Assembly (NCBI GenBank): GCA_046563655.1
Contig: CM102286.1
Coordinates: 2,480,001 to 2,544,000 of the forward strand
DNA: 64,000 nt
Reading direction: 5' to 3'
Source: Yuukianura sp. NJ FZ-2021
Taxonomy: Eukaryota
In this document: positions 1 through 12,700 of the stretch, one piece after another
Layout: every line of letters starts with the position of its first letter
Position numbering within the stretch: the first letter of the stretch is position 1
The notes under the pieces: generated by a model
The model's database searches: none
What the model was told of the DNA's origin: nothing
Seen by the model: only the letters and a program-made list of their open reading frames with translations
Position numbers and translations under genes: made by a program

Positions 1-176
1 TTAGAATTGCCAAAGGCTGATATCAAATTTTTTTTTCTATCCTAGTCAATATTTCAAGAAATTTTTGCAAACTATTGTACTCAGGGACCTGTGACACAGG
101 TATGGGTTCGATCAAAACTAATTCCCAAACTAATTTAAGTTACTTTGTGTGTACTAAATTTTGGTTTGTGTTTTAG

Positions 177-296
177 GTGGGCCTAGTTGACTACGACGGA
201 GACTCTGATGAGGAAGAAGTTGAAAATGAAGCGGACAAAGTAGTTGGATCACCATCAGATGAAACACCAGCAGCCAAACGACCAAAACTTTCATAA
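177..296 (+). CDS. PPP4R3: Last coding exon of serine/threonine phosphatase 4 regulatory subunit 3 (SMEK/falafel); rest of gene lies upstream of the window
   Basis: Acceptor ttttag|, then VGLVDYDGDSDEEEVENEADKVVGSPSDETPAAKRPKLS*. This matches the PP4R3/SMEK C-terminus as I recall it (GLVDY + acidic run + KRPxL NLS). A long AT-rich 3'UTR follows, with AATAAA at 1141. Confidence 0.75.
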   Translation: MGLVDYDGDSDEEEVENEADKVVGSPSDETPAAKRPKLS

Positions 297-1310
297 CAAT
301 CCGTTAAGTCTAAAAAATGCTTAGATTAACCTAACATTTACTACTCATCACTTATTAGAGAAGGCAAACTTACAAGTTAGTGTTGGAATTCAAGGGAGGA
401 ACTAAAGATAAGTTAACTAAAAGTTAAATGATCTTTACTTTATTTAAAATATGGCAAATAACCTAACATAATTTTATTAGGCAAAATAACTAAATAGTTA
501 CTCCCTCTGTTTTTGGTTTGATCAAATTCTCATCCCGTTTAACTCTCCAATTTGACTTTAAACCTTATTTTATATGAGATGAATTCTTTCATTCCCTCTT
601 TGAGATTTGTCAATCAGTTTTCATTTAACTTCATTCCAAAATGTTATTAACATAATTACTATGTAAATGTGTAAATTTCAGCTCTAAGTTCTTATGTTAA
701 CTAATGAAAACTGTCATATTTTTAGAGTTACCGTAACAAAGTGTAATGGGAGGACCGTAGTTGCCTCTAAATGGACAGCATCTTGATGATATTTAAATTT
801 TAGTAACTCTCTGCCATAAATTTATGTAATGTGTATGTAAATTTGTTAAATTTAGGGTGGTAATTGAAGTTGAATTAGATTTTACTTTCTTTTTTTAAAA
901 GCAAAAACTGAACAGTAAGAGCTAATTTATTTACTCACTCACTTTTAATAAGTAGAATGGTTGTGTATGTTATGACAAATTGTGGTTGGATACGTTAGGC
1001 TACTCTGGAACAAAGTAACGTTAGGTTTCTGTTTTTGTTTATAAGTTTTAAGATAAATTGTACAAAGCGAGAGCGAGAGAGGGTTTGTGTTGTTTCGTGT
1101 GTGATCGTAATGTTTTTGCATGGTTGTAGAGGATCAATTTAATAAATTATTTATATTTAGTTGACGTCAATTATAACAATTTTGGTGGAATTTTAAATTT
1201 TAGGAGTAGGATTTTCACTAGGAGGGTTGTGGCTTTGAGGGAATGCTTTAAGGGTAATATTAGGCTAATTAGGTTAGCGTAACGTTAATAAGCGTTTAAG
1301 GTTAGGTTGA

Positions 1311-2940
1311 TCATTTTGATTGAAGTTCTTGTTTAAGACGATCAGCAAGAGCTTTTCTTGCAGCAAGCGATTTTTCCGTTGCAGTTGCTTTTGGTGTAGT
1401 CGTGAGAGCAATGGCTGCTGCTTTTGCGGATTTTGGACGTGATGCTGCAGCGTTGTCGGTCATAAGTCGAGCACGTTCCTTCTTTTTCAAGGCTACTAAC
1501 TTGTCGCGCTGATTTCGCATGTACTCCCGCCGACGCTGAATATCCTCTTCAGTAACTGGAGCTCCTGAGGCTGCTGACGCTGAATCCAAAGCGGTAACCT
1601 GGAATTACAGTTTTTGAAATGACAATTTCTAACAAAACTGTTTTCAAAGAAAGTTGTTTTTTCATACCTTAGGCTTCATGTTTCTAAATTCAAGCGGATT
1701 TTGAGTTTCATCCAAAGCCCAACGCACTGAAGCCAGAAGTTCGCGTTGCTCGGACGCCGTTTCCTTGATTTCCTCGACAGTTTTAAGATCCACGAATTCG
1801 GATTTGGTGGAAGTGGCGCTTCCAGGAACCGATCCAGGGGGCGTGGCTTCCGCTTCCACAACGGCTTCAACTAAAGCCTTCTTGCCATGACCAATAGTGA
1901 GGTTCGACAGAATCATGTTATCGAACTCACCGCTGTCAGAAGTCTGCATTTGGCTGCAAAGAGTGTGATTAGATTTTGGAAAACAGTTAGTTAAAAAAGT
2001 TAAGTAATTAATTAGAAAAATAGAATTGTTCATCTTTAGTTTTAGATGAATAGGTGCATGCTGAGAACGGGTCTGCGCAAGCGCAACCAGCTTTTGGCTG
2101 AACCCACCTCATTGACTTGTCAGTGTATCTGGCCCCACCGAGGTTTGGTGGGTTGTGCAGGGAGGAGCGTGCAGTGCCTCTTCTTCAAGGTCGAGCGCCG
2201 CTGCCTCTTCAGTGTACCTGAGCACGAGCTGCAGAAAGTCGTCGTCGGCTGGGTCGTCACCGCTGTCGGAACTGCGCAGTGCTGGTGACAGTTCACCGTA
2301 CTTGGACACGAGCAGCTCCAGCGACTGCAGTTGAAGGTCAATGTTCTTCCGGGTCATCAGACGACGAAAAGTGTCCATGTCCTCGGCAGCCGACAACTGC
2401 AGCAGAGCAGCCTAACACCAAAGTTTAAGAATTTTCAAAAAAAAAGTGTAAAATAGGTCATTAATTTCTTTTTATGGGAATTTGGAATTTTTCCATGTTT
2501 GACCTCTGCTGACCTTGGTGAGCTGCGAATCCTGTTGACCTTGGCCATTAGACGTTCTTGTTCTGCAAGCTTGTTCGACTTGTTCCGGCGTCACTTCGAG
2601 GTCTTCCATGAAGCTGCCCAACATAAAGTCAACAAGCGCTTTGTATTCTTCATGAATTTTTTTGAATTCAAGCTCTCGTTCTTCCGACAGCGTTTCGTTG
2701 TAACTTTCCGGATCAAAAACTGTTCGAAATTAGAAAACTTTACAAAATGTAAGAATTTTTTTTTTTGGATAAAGACCAATTTTGAAAAACTTTGAAAAAA
2801 TTTCACTTACCGACGGACTTTTCTTCAATGAATCCAGAAACTGGTAACTTCCAGAGCGGTCCATGCAGAAAGTTCACAAGACTTTCGAAAACCCAACTTT
2901 CATCTTCCGGTAGCGTTTCAATGTCCTTTTCACCCTCCAT
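1311..2940 (-). CDS. CFAP36: Cilia- and flagella-associated protein 36 (CCDC104/BARTL1), 5 exons: 2940-2811, 2719-2514, 2411-2218, 1953-1668, 1598-1311
   Basis: Spliced translation gives the BART-like domain (WVFESLVNFLHGPLWKLPVSGFIEEKS..IHEEYKALVDFML..AAEDMDTFRRLMTRKNIDLQLQ) and C-terminal coiled coils (RRREYMRNQRDKL; ARKALADRLKQE). All introns are GT-AG with matching phases. The exon 3 donor is the least certain. Confidence 0.88.
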
Positions 2941-3604
2941 TTCTTTATTTTTTTCGTGCAAAACAATGAAATCACAAATTGCAAACGTCAAATTTTGTGA
3001 AAAGTTTGGTTTCCTTTGTTGTTCTGAAATCAATTATCAAACTTACAGAATAATTTTTGAAATAAAAAGTGGAAATGGCAAGTCTATGTTTGTTTCGACT
3101 CGATTTCAGAAAATGATGAATCGGCTTTGTGTTTAGACTGTCTTCCGTTTGACACAAATCAAACAGAATGTCTAATGATGATGTACAAGACAGGCTAACT
3201 ATGTTATCAAAAATGAACTAATGTTAAGTTGCTTAGCGTAAATTCGAAAAATTTTCTGTTTGAAAAACTTTCTCCGCAATGAATTTTGGTTACTTGCATT
3301 GTACTCTGTCCAAGAAGCTACGAATTATGGTTGGAATTTGAAAGGTGAGCTATTACGATACCATTATTTGCCTTTTTATATAAGAAGTCTCCAGGAGCAA
3401 CAAAACTCACAACAAACTAAAGAAATCATTAGTCGTTTTACAAATCCCAGAAGAGCTTTGGATTTATGAACTTTTTATGAGATTTTAGGGACTTGCCAGT
3501 TACAAGTTGTAACTGACAGAATTGCAAATTTGACGTGATTGTCAAAAAGGAAAAAACATTTGAAAACAATTTTATGAGACTTTATGTCTATTTTTAGAAG
3601 GCGG

Positions 3605-4192
3605 TTTGGAATTTGGAATTATGTTATTTAAAAAGAGTGATTTTCCTACTAAACTTTTAACGTTTTGGAATTTGGAATTATGTTATTTAAAAAGAGTGAT
3701 TTTCCTACTAAACTTTTAACTTTTTGGAATTTGGAATTATGCTATTTAGAAAGAGTGATTTTCCTACTAAACTTTTAACTTTTTGGAATTTGGAATTATG
3801 CTATTTAGAAAGAGTGATTTTCCTACTAAACTTTTAACTTTTTGGAATTTGGAATTATGCTATTTAGAAAGAGTGATTTTCCTACTAAACTTTTAACTTT
3901 TTGGAATTTGGAATCATGTCATTTAGAAAGAGTGATTTTCCTACTAAACTTTTAACTTTTTGGAATTTGGGATTATGCTATTTAGAAAGAGTGATTTTCC
4001 TACCAAACTTTTAACGTTTTGGAATTTGGAATAATGTTATTTAAAAAGAGTGATTTTCCTACCAAACTTTTAACGTTTTGGAATTTGGAATTATGTTATT
4101 TAAAAAGAGTGATTTTCCTACTAAACTTTTAACTTTTTGGAATTTGGAATTATGTTATTTAAAAAGAGTGATTTTCCTACTAAACTTTTAAC
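3605..4192. repeat. Tandem minisatellite, 59-bp unit x ~10
   Basis: Unit TTTGGAATTTGGAATTATG(T/C)TATTTA(A/G)AAAGAGTGATTTTCCTAC(T/C)AAACTTTTAAC(G/T)T repeated head-to-tail with only a few substitutions and no spacers. Confidence 0.97.
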
Positions 4193-4253
4193 TCCTAACT
4201 AAAGAATTTTGACAAAATGGAGAACCTCCTTCATAAAAAAAAATTCATAAAAT

Positions 4254-4267
4254 TTTACCATGGTAAC
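4254..4267. promoter_or_regulatory. RFX X-box-like palindrome upstream of DNALI1
   Basis: TTTACCATGGTAAC matches the X-box palindrome GTTACCATGGTAAC at 13 of 14 positions. It lies ~180 bp upstream of the DNALI1 ATG, between two ciliary genes. Confidence 0.65.
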
Positions 4268-4446
4268 CAACGTATTGATCAAACCAAACTCAAAAAAATT
4301 GAAATTGACAAACAACACAAATATTTTGAACATTTTTTTAAGTGGAGGTGAACAAATCACGAAAAGCTCGAAACTCTGGCACTTTGCTGTCCAAGACTTT
4401 CGAAAACATTTTTGAAAACGTCGGTTTTTTGACATTTTGAGTAAAT

Positions 4447-5671
4447 ATGGAAAAAATAGGAGCAACTATAAAGTGTGAAGAAAGTTTGGAGCCAGTTGAG
4501 TTGCTCCGATACGGCTTTCCTTATGAAGTCGTCGATGATCCAAACGTCACACCCACAATCCGGGTAAAATCGGATTTCGAAAACGAAAACCCGAAAACAA
4601 ATTTTCAAGAACCTAATTTGTATTTTTGAATTTCCAGTATGACGTTCCCGGCATCAAAGTGAGTCCTGGTAAGTCACTAAAATCAAGAAAAGAAACAGGA
4701 GTTTTTCAAAATTCATTTGTAAAACTTAAAATTTTAAAAATGTAATTTTTTTTTTGTAATTTTGAAGGTTTTCCGGTAGCTCCAACTTTACCAGGCTTGA
4801 CTACTGTTAATGTTGGACCTCAAGATTCTGGATTGAGCAAGAATGAAATGAAGGAAATTTTAAATGCGATTTTGCCGCCAGTTGAATGGACAGAAACAAA
4901 TGAAGAGGAAAAAGAAACGAAATGGCGGAAAGAAGTATGTAAAATCAAAATTCTTACTTTTTTTGGAAAATTTGACAGCAAAATGTTTTTAGATCATGGA
5001 CACTCCAGGAACACGTCATGATGTCACTTCTCTTAACCAAAACTTGACAATGACACTAAAGCAACGGCAGGCACGTGACACTGGGATCTGTCCAATCCGA
5101 AGACAACTGTATTCACAAGTTTTTGGTACGAAATTTCAAATTCAGATTCCAGTAACGGCAGTTTTGTTTTCAAAATTTGTAATTCCAGATGAACTGATTC
5201 GGCAAGTAACAATTAACAACGCCGAAAGAGGTTTGCTTCTGCTGCGGGTTCGAGACGAACTGCGCATGACTCTGGCAGCTTACAAGCGTCTGTTTGAGAA
5301 CGGTTTTGCTTATGGAACACGAAAAGCCAACTTGGTAGCGGACAACTTTGAAGAGCTCCACAAGGAAGTGAATGACATTGCTGATCAGAAAGCATCACTG
5401 GAGACTCAAATGCAAGAACTTCGAATTGCAATTGATCAAGCGGAACGCAAACACTCCGAAACCCGTGAAGTCGATGAGAAGCGAGACAACGAAGAAATTA
5501 CGTTTCTCAAAAGAGCCAATCAACAACTCAAAGTATGCAAAAAAAATCACAAATTTTACTGGACAAAATATTTTTGGATCATTTTTCTAATGCATGTTCA
5601 TACTAATTTTCTTTTTGTCATTTTTTTGTCAGGCCCAGTTGGAAGGAATTCAGGGAGTCAAGAAAAGTTAA
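4447..5671 (+). CDS. DNALI1: Axonemal inner-arm dynein light intermediate chain (p28), 6 exons: 4447-4563, 4638-4668, 4768-4934, 4993-5125, 5189-5532, 5633-5671
   Basis: Diagnostic p28 motifs EILNAILPPxEW, RQARDTGICPIRRQLYSQVFDELIRQVTINNAERGLLLLRVRDELRMT and EEITFLKRANQQLKAQLEGI. GT-AG introns are phase-consistent. Confidence 0.95.
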
Positions 5672-6799
5672 ACAGCCCAATTTTAACTTTGTCTTAAAAA
5701 ACTAACACTTAAAAAAATAATTTTTAAAAAACAAATATTAAAATAAATTAAACGTTTTGAATTTTTTTTTGGTCTTTTGTGACTTTCTAAATTTGTCACG
5801 AAAATGTGAAGCGTTGTAATTATCTAAATTGCTGGCCTCGGAATCAAAAGGATCAAAAATTTTCAGAATTAGTGAGAAGACAAAAACTGGAATGTAATGC
5901 CTACATGCAAAAGCTTTGTTAGAAAAAAATAATTAACAACTCCGGAAATCCAAATGTCAACATACTTTGTAAAGCTGCACTAAATTTTTGCTGTCAATTT
6001 TCGTTTTAACCGACAGGGTATAATTTCCTTTTTTTGCCGTATTCTTTTAAACTTGTGCTTGTTTTGTTTAAATTTGCGTGAATTACATAAAAAAAATTCC
6101 CTTTTGTATTACAGATTGGTGCAATATGTGTGTATTGTTAAAACAAATTTGATTAAGGACTTTTTAAAAGCTGTTGTTATCTCATGGCAGGAAGTGAGCG
6201 TATAAAGTTACACTGAAGTTAGATTAGCATTTGGTTGTCTAAAAATAGTACGTGCATGTGAGAGGTGGGGGAAAGGGCAAAGTGAAAGTGGTTTTACACT
6301 GGATTGTGTCAGAAGAAAGTGAATCGATTTTTATACATACACCGTATTGTGTTGCAGTTTGTAGCATATTCAGCGCCTTTTTCTTAAATTTCTATCAAGA
6401 GAACTTGTACTCCTATGAAAATCTGGTGGCAGGGAAAACCTTTTTTTATCGAAAAGCCTGAGTTAATTTCCTGCTGTGAAAATATTGTTTCTAAACTTCA
6501 CAGTTCAGTGAGAAATTTTCAAAACTGAAATTAAAGAAAAGAGTTAAGAGTTGATTTGAGAACGGAACATGCTGTCAGGTCGAGTTCGGTGAAAGCTGTT
6601 TTCCCAACGCAGGACTTTCACCTTTCGTTGGACACTGTAAGATATTGTAAAGTACTTGAGTTTTTAACTACAGTAATTCAATTAGTAACTTTTATGTTAA
6701 AAGTTTAATTTTAATTTTATGTTAAAATTTTTGAAATTTTTGAATGTTTTCTTTTAGAAAGTTGAACTTTGAACTAAACTGTGAAACGAGTTGATCAAG

Positions 6800-9700
6800 A
6801 TGATTCCTCCAGTAGTCTGTGGCATGAACCATACCAAGTTGGAGGTGCGTGAGAACGACGATGAACCGGAAGTTAGCGACGTGGACGACGACGTTTTCAT
6901 ACGCGGGAGAAGTAATGGATTCAAATTGGAACTGTACGACAATGCCAAAAAACCGCTTATGGCACCGCGCAAAAAACATGTAAGTTCAACCAAACTTAAA
7001 TTTACAAAGCTCTGCAATTTGAATCTCCAAAAATGAAAAATTATTTTTTATAATTTGTAGAAGGATTTTGAGAAATTGAAAAATGGAAACCTGCATACCG
7101 AAATACGTTCGACTCCGCCTTCACTGAGAATCCTTTGCATGCCAATTTGTTACATCCTCATAGCCACATTTGCAATGCTCGGTAAAATTTTTTATTATTA
7201 AATATTATTAAAAGTATATTTCAAAATGTCATTTTTACAATTTTTTTTAGGAATCATCGCTCTAATTGCTGTTTTGTCCCACTATGTTACGGTTCCCCTG
7301 ATTTGGTTAAAGTTTTGGAGAAAGTCTGGCGGGGAAAGTGGAAGTGGGCGGAGCCAAAGTGGGATTCTACCTTGTGATACATTCAAAGTAGAAGATGTTT
7401 GGGTTCGGAAGTTTCCGAAACTTCTCACCGAATCCGCTTTTCGTCTCCTCGATGTCAATGGAGATGGAGTGGAGGACATAATTTTAGGATTTGCAACAGG
7501 TTTGGTTTTCACAGAAAAATTTGAAAAAATAGCAGAATTTTTTATTTATTTTTCTTTTTTGAATCTGTTAAGGTGCTGATGGTTACGAAGTCCCTGAAAT
7601 AGTCTGTGATATATATTTTGACGGTCGAAAACCGTGTTATGGCGGTGTTCTAGCTCTCGACGGTCGTGACGGCACTGAACTCTGGCGACATTGGACGCTG
7701 CATGAAGTGTTTGCTCTGAATTGTAATGAAGATATAACTGGAGACGGTGTTCGAGATTGTCTCTACGGAGGAAGAGCTGGCGTAATTTTGACAAAAAAGA
7801 CATTAATCAAAATTTTGAAAATTTTTCTCATGTTGTAGATGTTTGGCGCTCTGAATGGCAAAGACGGTCAACTTTTGTGGAAGTTCGGAGACTCTCCACC
7901 AAAACATCCACTGATGAACATTTACACACCTCAATATATTCGTGATGTAAACGATGATCAAATACCAGACATTTTGGCAATTCACGGTGGAGATCCACTG
8001 GCCGATCCGGGTACGTCAAATTCAAAATTGGAATTCTAAAAAAAATCTTCAAATTTTCAAATTTGATAAAAAGTTCAATTTGAAAACAGAAAAGCACGAC
8101 ATACTTTTTCTCGTGCATTTGAAACGGGTAAACTTCTTTCGAAATCGCATTTTGCGAAGATTAGCCACTTTTCCATTTCCACCAAACCGAATTAAAACTG
8201 AAAAAAAAACTGCTTTTTTGTTCATTTTTTTTAGTTCCGTACTTCTGACTGTTCTAATTTCCTTTTCAAGCTACGGAAATTCTGTCGATAAAAATTTGTA
8301 ATTTCCTGCCCCAAATCTTTCCAAATCCACTTCAATGTTTTTTTTTCTTTCCGCAGGAAGTAAGACGCGATTGGCCGGTCGGATTATAGTTTTTAGTGGA
8401 AAAGATGGCGAGATTTTGCAGTGGATGGAAACTCCGGATAAAGCCGAATCATACTACTCGCCTCAAATTTTGACAAGATCCGACGGATCGGATTTCCTTT
8501 TGTTAGGAACCGGCGGAGAAACACATCCGGGCAGTCTGTATGTCATTCCACTACACGACATTACAAATGGACACACACAAAACGTAATTTCAAAATTTCA
8601 AAAGAAAAAAATTGGACCAAATTTCTTCCTTTTTTAAAAAAGAAATCTTTGCTTTCACATTTTTATCCTCTGTGTTCAAATCCTTGTCCAAAATTTAATT
8701 TTGGGTTTCAACTAAAAAAGAAAAGTAAATTTTTTTCTTTTCTTTTTTTTAGTTTGTCCATCAGCAAATTTCGTTTGTAAAAAATTAAATTTTGGCCTCG
8801 TATTTGTAAATCAAGTTAGTACTTTCACCTCGTCCTTAATTACTCCGTTCTTACATTTTTTTTGGAAGTATTTTTTTTTAAAGTTGAAAAAGAAAAGTCG
8901 ACGTTGCTAAACGGAAATCAATCTTCCCAAGATTCTTGTTCTTTTTCAACTTTCTTTTTTTGAAAAGGAAGTTAAGAATTGATTTATTTTCAGTTTCATT
9001 CATTCTCGCCACAGTTTTCTTCTTCAAAAAAAAAGTTCAGCATTTTTTATTAACTTAGGCTCGCCTAATTTACCACGACAGTCGAAAAGGCATAATTTCA
9101 ACTCCCGTTCTTACCGACATCACCTCGGATGGAATTGAGGACATTGTCATTCCACTGTTCAATTCAACTGTGGTAGCCTTCGATGGCGTCACGTTCAAAC
9201 AGATATGGAACTACACTTTTCCATCTTCAGAAACTTACACGTAAGTCCAGGAATAATCTTATCCGCCAGCTTCTACTTTTTTTAAAAAAAACGTCTTTTT
9301 TTGAAAAAAAAAACGAGGTTTGAATAGCTCCCACCCATTTATGTCACGTCGCTTGGAAACTTTTTGAAAGTTTTTTTCGGTTTGCCTTTGATGTTGAGAA
9401 CTTTTAGATGCCTTGCCTGGTGGCTTTCAGCTTTAACATAAAATGTACTTTTTGGAAAGAAGATTTTGAAAAGTGAAGATCTATAGAGCTTTTTTTCATT
9501 GCTTTGACAAAAGTCAATATAAACTACCGAATCAATTCATAAAAAAGTTCCAAAGGTTTAAGTAAAGCTTAAAGTGAAGGGTTTGAAAAATTTGAATAGC
9601 ATTCGCATTTAGGGCCGTTTTTTTTTTTGGAATATGTCACTTTGTTAAGACCCTGAGTTATAAGATGCATTTCATGTTTCAAGACCACTTCGGGGAAAAT

Positions 9701-12700
9701 CCTACACAAATTTGAAATTTTTTCTCATTAAATATCGTTTATGCAAAATATGTACTTCACGTTAACTCATCCCCCACGCAAACATTCGAAATTAGGTACT
9801 TTCCCAGGAATTCCAAAAGTAATGAATTGTCAAGCTTTTGAACGTTGACCTTTGACATTCACTTTGTCGAAATTCTCTTAAACCAAATTACATTTTTGAG
9901 ATAAAGCTCTTGGAAGTTAGACTTGAAAGAAAAAAATCAAAATGAAAGGTAGAATTTGGAGGAAGTTTAAAAGCGAGGTTTTTTGGTTTGATTTTGGCAA
10001 GAGAAAAAAGGCGGGAAACTGCGGAAGTTTCTTTTCGAAACGGACGTTGTAACACGTAACTGAAACGGAAATTGAAGACGTTTTGACTGAAACTTAACCT
10101 CTTGGCTAAACAAGTTTATCCGAAAACATTTTTGTTTTGTTTGAACACTTCTCAATTTCCTTTGTTTCTTTCAGCACGCCAACTCCCGGATATTTCAATG
10201 AAGATAACGTTCCTGACTTCCTGGTCAAGTATCAAACTGGTCCCGGGTTCCCAATTTACTACGAAGGACAGGTTGCACAACAACAAAAAACAAACTTTTT
10301 GCGTTCAATTTTTTAGAAAACTAACAAGGGGACATTTCCAACCGGTCGTCAAGTTTTTGAATTTAAAAAATAGAATCATATTTTGTATGCCAAAAGAAAA
10401 TTTTTGCAGTAGTTCAAGATGACAACGCCAAAAAAATACCAAAACCTGGGCTCGAACCCGTAGCCTCACTCCAGAGGAATGAGTAAAAAACATTTTTATG
10501 TCCAATTCTTCAACAAAAAGCGTGTTTAGGATATCATAAAATCTGGACGTTTTCTGTTGAATAATTTGCATAAATGTTTTCTCGATTTTCTGCGTTTAGC
10601 AGAATCTTTATCGTTGGAAACCGAAACTACTGCAGAAAATTTTCTTTTGGCATACAGATTATGAATGTATTTTTTAAATTCAAAAACTTGACGACCGGTT
10701 GGAAATGTTCCCTCGTAAGATTTTCCGATTTTCAGACAACAATTTTGGACGGACGAACTGGGAAATCATTTTTGGCGATGCCGTTAAAAGAGACAATTGG
10801 GTCACAAGCTTCAACTCCTGTGATTCGCGTTCAAGGCTTCGGAAACGACATTTTTCTTTATTGGACTTCGAACTGTCTGGGAGTGAGCGACAAAAATGGT
10901 TCAGAATTTGATTTCAAAAAAGGTATGGGGAAAAAAAACATGTTCAACTTTCACTTCATTTTCAAAATACTTTTTTCAAAATTCGTTGCAAAAGTTAATT
11001 AAACTCCGTCAGTTCAAAAGGTTGCTACCAAAAACCTCAAAAGTTTATCCAACCGTAGAAACCAAAAGAACTTTTTGTGTCATAATGATCAAACTCGTGG
11101 ATGTAGCACAATTTTAACAGTTTTGCGGCATAGCCGAAGCTTAAACTACCCAAAAGTAGTTATTAAACTAGATTTTTCGAAACCCGAAAAAAATATGCAA
11201 CCTTTCACTTTCACTAAACAAGTGAAGTTTAATTCATTTTTCATTCAAATATCCCAAATCCAACAGTTTTCCCGCCCATTTTGAAAGTTTGTCGATTTGT
11301 TACAATTTTTTAAAACTTCTTAGTAACTCTCTGTAACTTCCAGGAACGAATGTCCATGAACAGAGTCGTGCCAATCTGTGTAAACTTCGGTTTGGTTCTA
11401 AACTAATTAATCAACTTCATGCCATTAACCGCGAAACTTCCTTCCCTGGTGCTCTGATCTACGACTCAGGTCAGCATAATGCTTTATTTGCTTTAGAATT
11501 TAACAAATACACAAATTAGCATTACACAAAGAGCAGAAAATTTTAAACGAGCGCGGGGCGGGAACATTTAGATGCAAAATCCGAACCGGAAATGACAAAC
11601 GACACTAACATAGTCATGGCGGTCAGAAGTTTGAGAGAGATTGATGGAAATTGAAGTACAACGACGACATTGATTCATGGTAAAATGCAAAAAAAAATGG
11701 TAGCAAAAACTAGCCTAGCGTATAAATTTTGAGGTCACGCCACAATGACCTCAAAGTTTATCGATCCTCATTTTTCAAAAAAGAAAATTTTAATGGTAAA
11801 AAGTTTTAAACTTGTGTCATTTGTGTTGTCAGTTTGCTTTTGAAAACTTCAGTTGACAAAAGAACTTTTTCTTTGAACTGTCGGGCCTCGTCGTTTCATT
11901 TTTGTTTCAAAGAGTTTCATTTTGAAAAAAGAAAACAATGATACTGATGAAATTGAGAACAAAAAGTTGAAATGTCTAATTAAAAATTTATTGAGACTAA
12001 AAAAATTCGAATTTGTACTTGCTTTAATTTCAAAGTGTTTCAAAATTTTAATTTTCATGGCTTTTGGATTTCAAATTTTGAATTTCTTTGTTGAAATTTC
12101 GTGGTGCCTTTAGCGCGAATGAGCGACATTAAGTAGGTACTGGAGTGACGATTCACTTTAAAACTTGATGGCAAAACGATATAGACGGGCGTAGGACAGA
12201 GGAGTCTCTTCTGGATTGTTCATTTTCCTAAAAGCACTGCCATAAACGTTAAAAGAAATGTCGTTTGGATGTGCTTAAGTAGTGAGAGAACGACTACTTT
12301 CGACAAAAATTGGTGTTCTGGACTGGTTATTGTTGTTCAGGTAGAAAGAAAGTGTTATGTGCAACACAGAATTGCTGTTAGACGCATTCCGTTTCGCATT
12401 ACAAATAAGTTATACTAACCTCGATCATTAGCAAATGTGGCTTTAACCTTGATAGGAACACAAGTATAGGCATTAACAAGTTACATTACAACTTGATGTG
12501 CCAGTATATTATCGAGTAGCGGAAATAGAACGTTAACTCACAGTGGTACGTTGAAGTGCAGACAGACGACGGACGGACAGACAAACCGATTGCACAAAAG
12601 AGTTTAATTACAAGATTATTATAAGAGTAGCAAAACAAAGAATGTGATCGGCTTCAGTGGTTGTGGAGCCTAGAAGGAATTGCAGACAGAAAGACAAACG

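Noticed and set aside
3605..4192. CRISPR-like array
   Set aside because: Units are contiguous and near-identical with no unique spacers, there are no cas genes, and the context is eukaryotic. It is a minisatellite.
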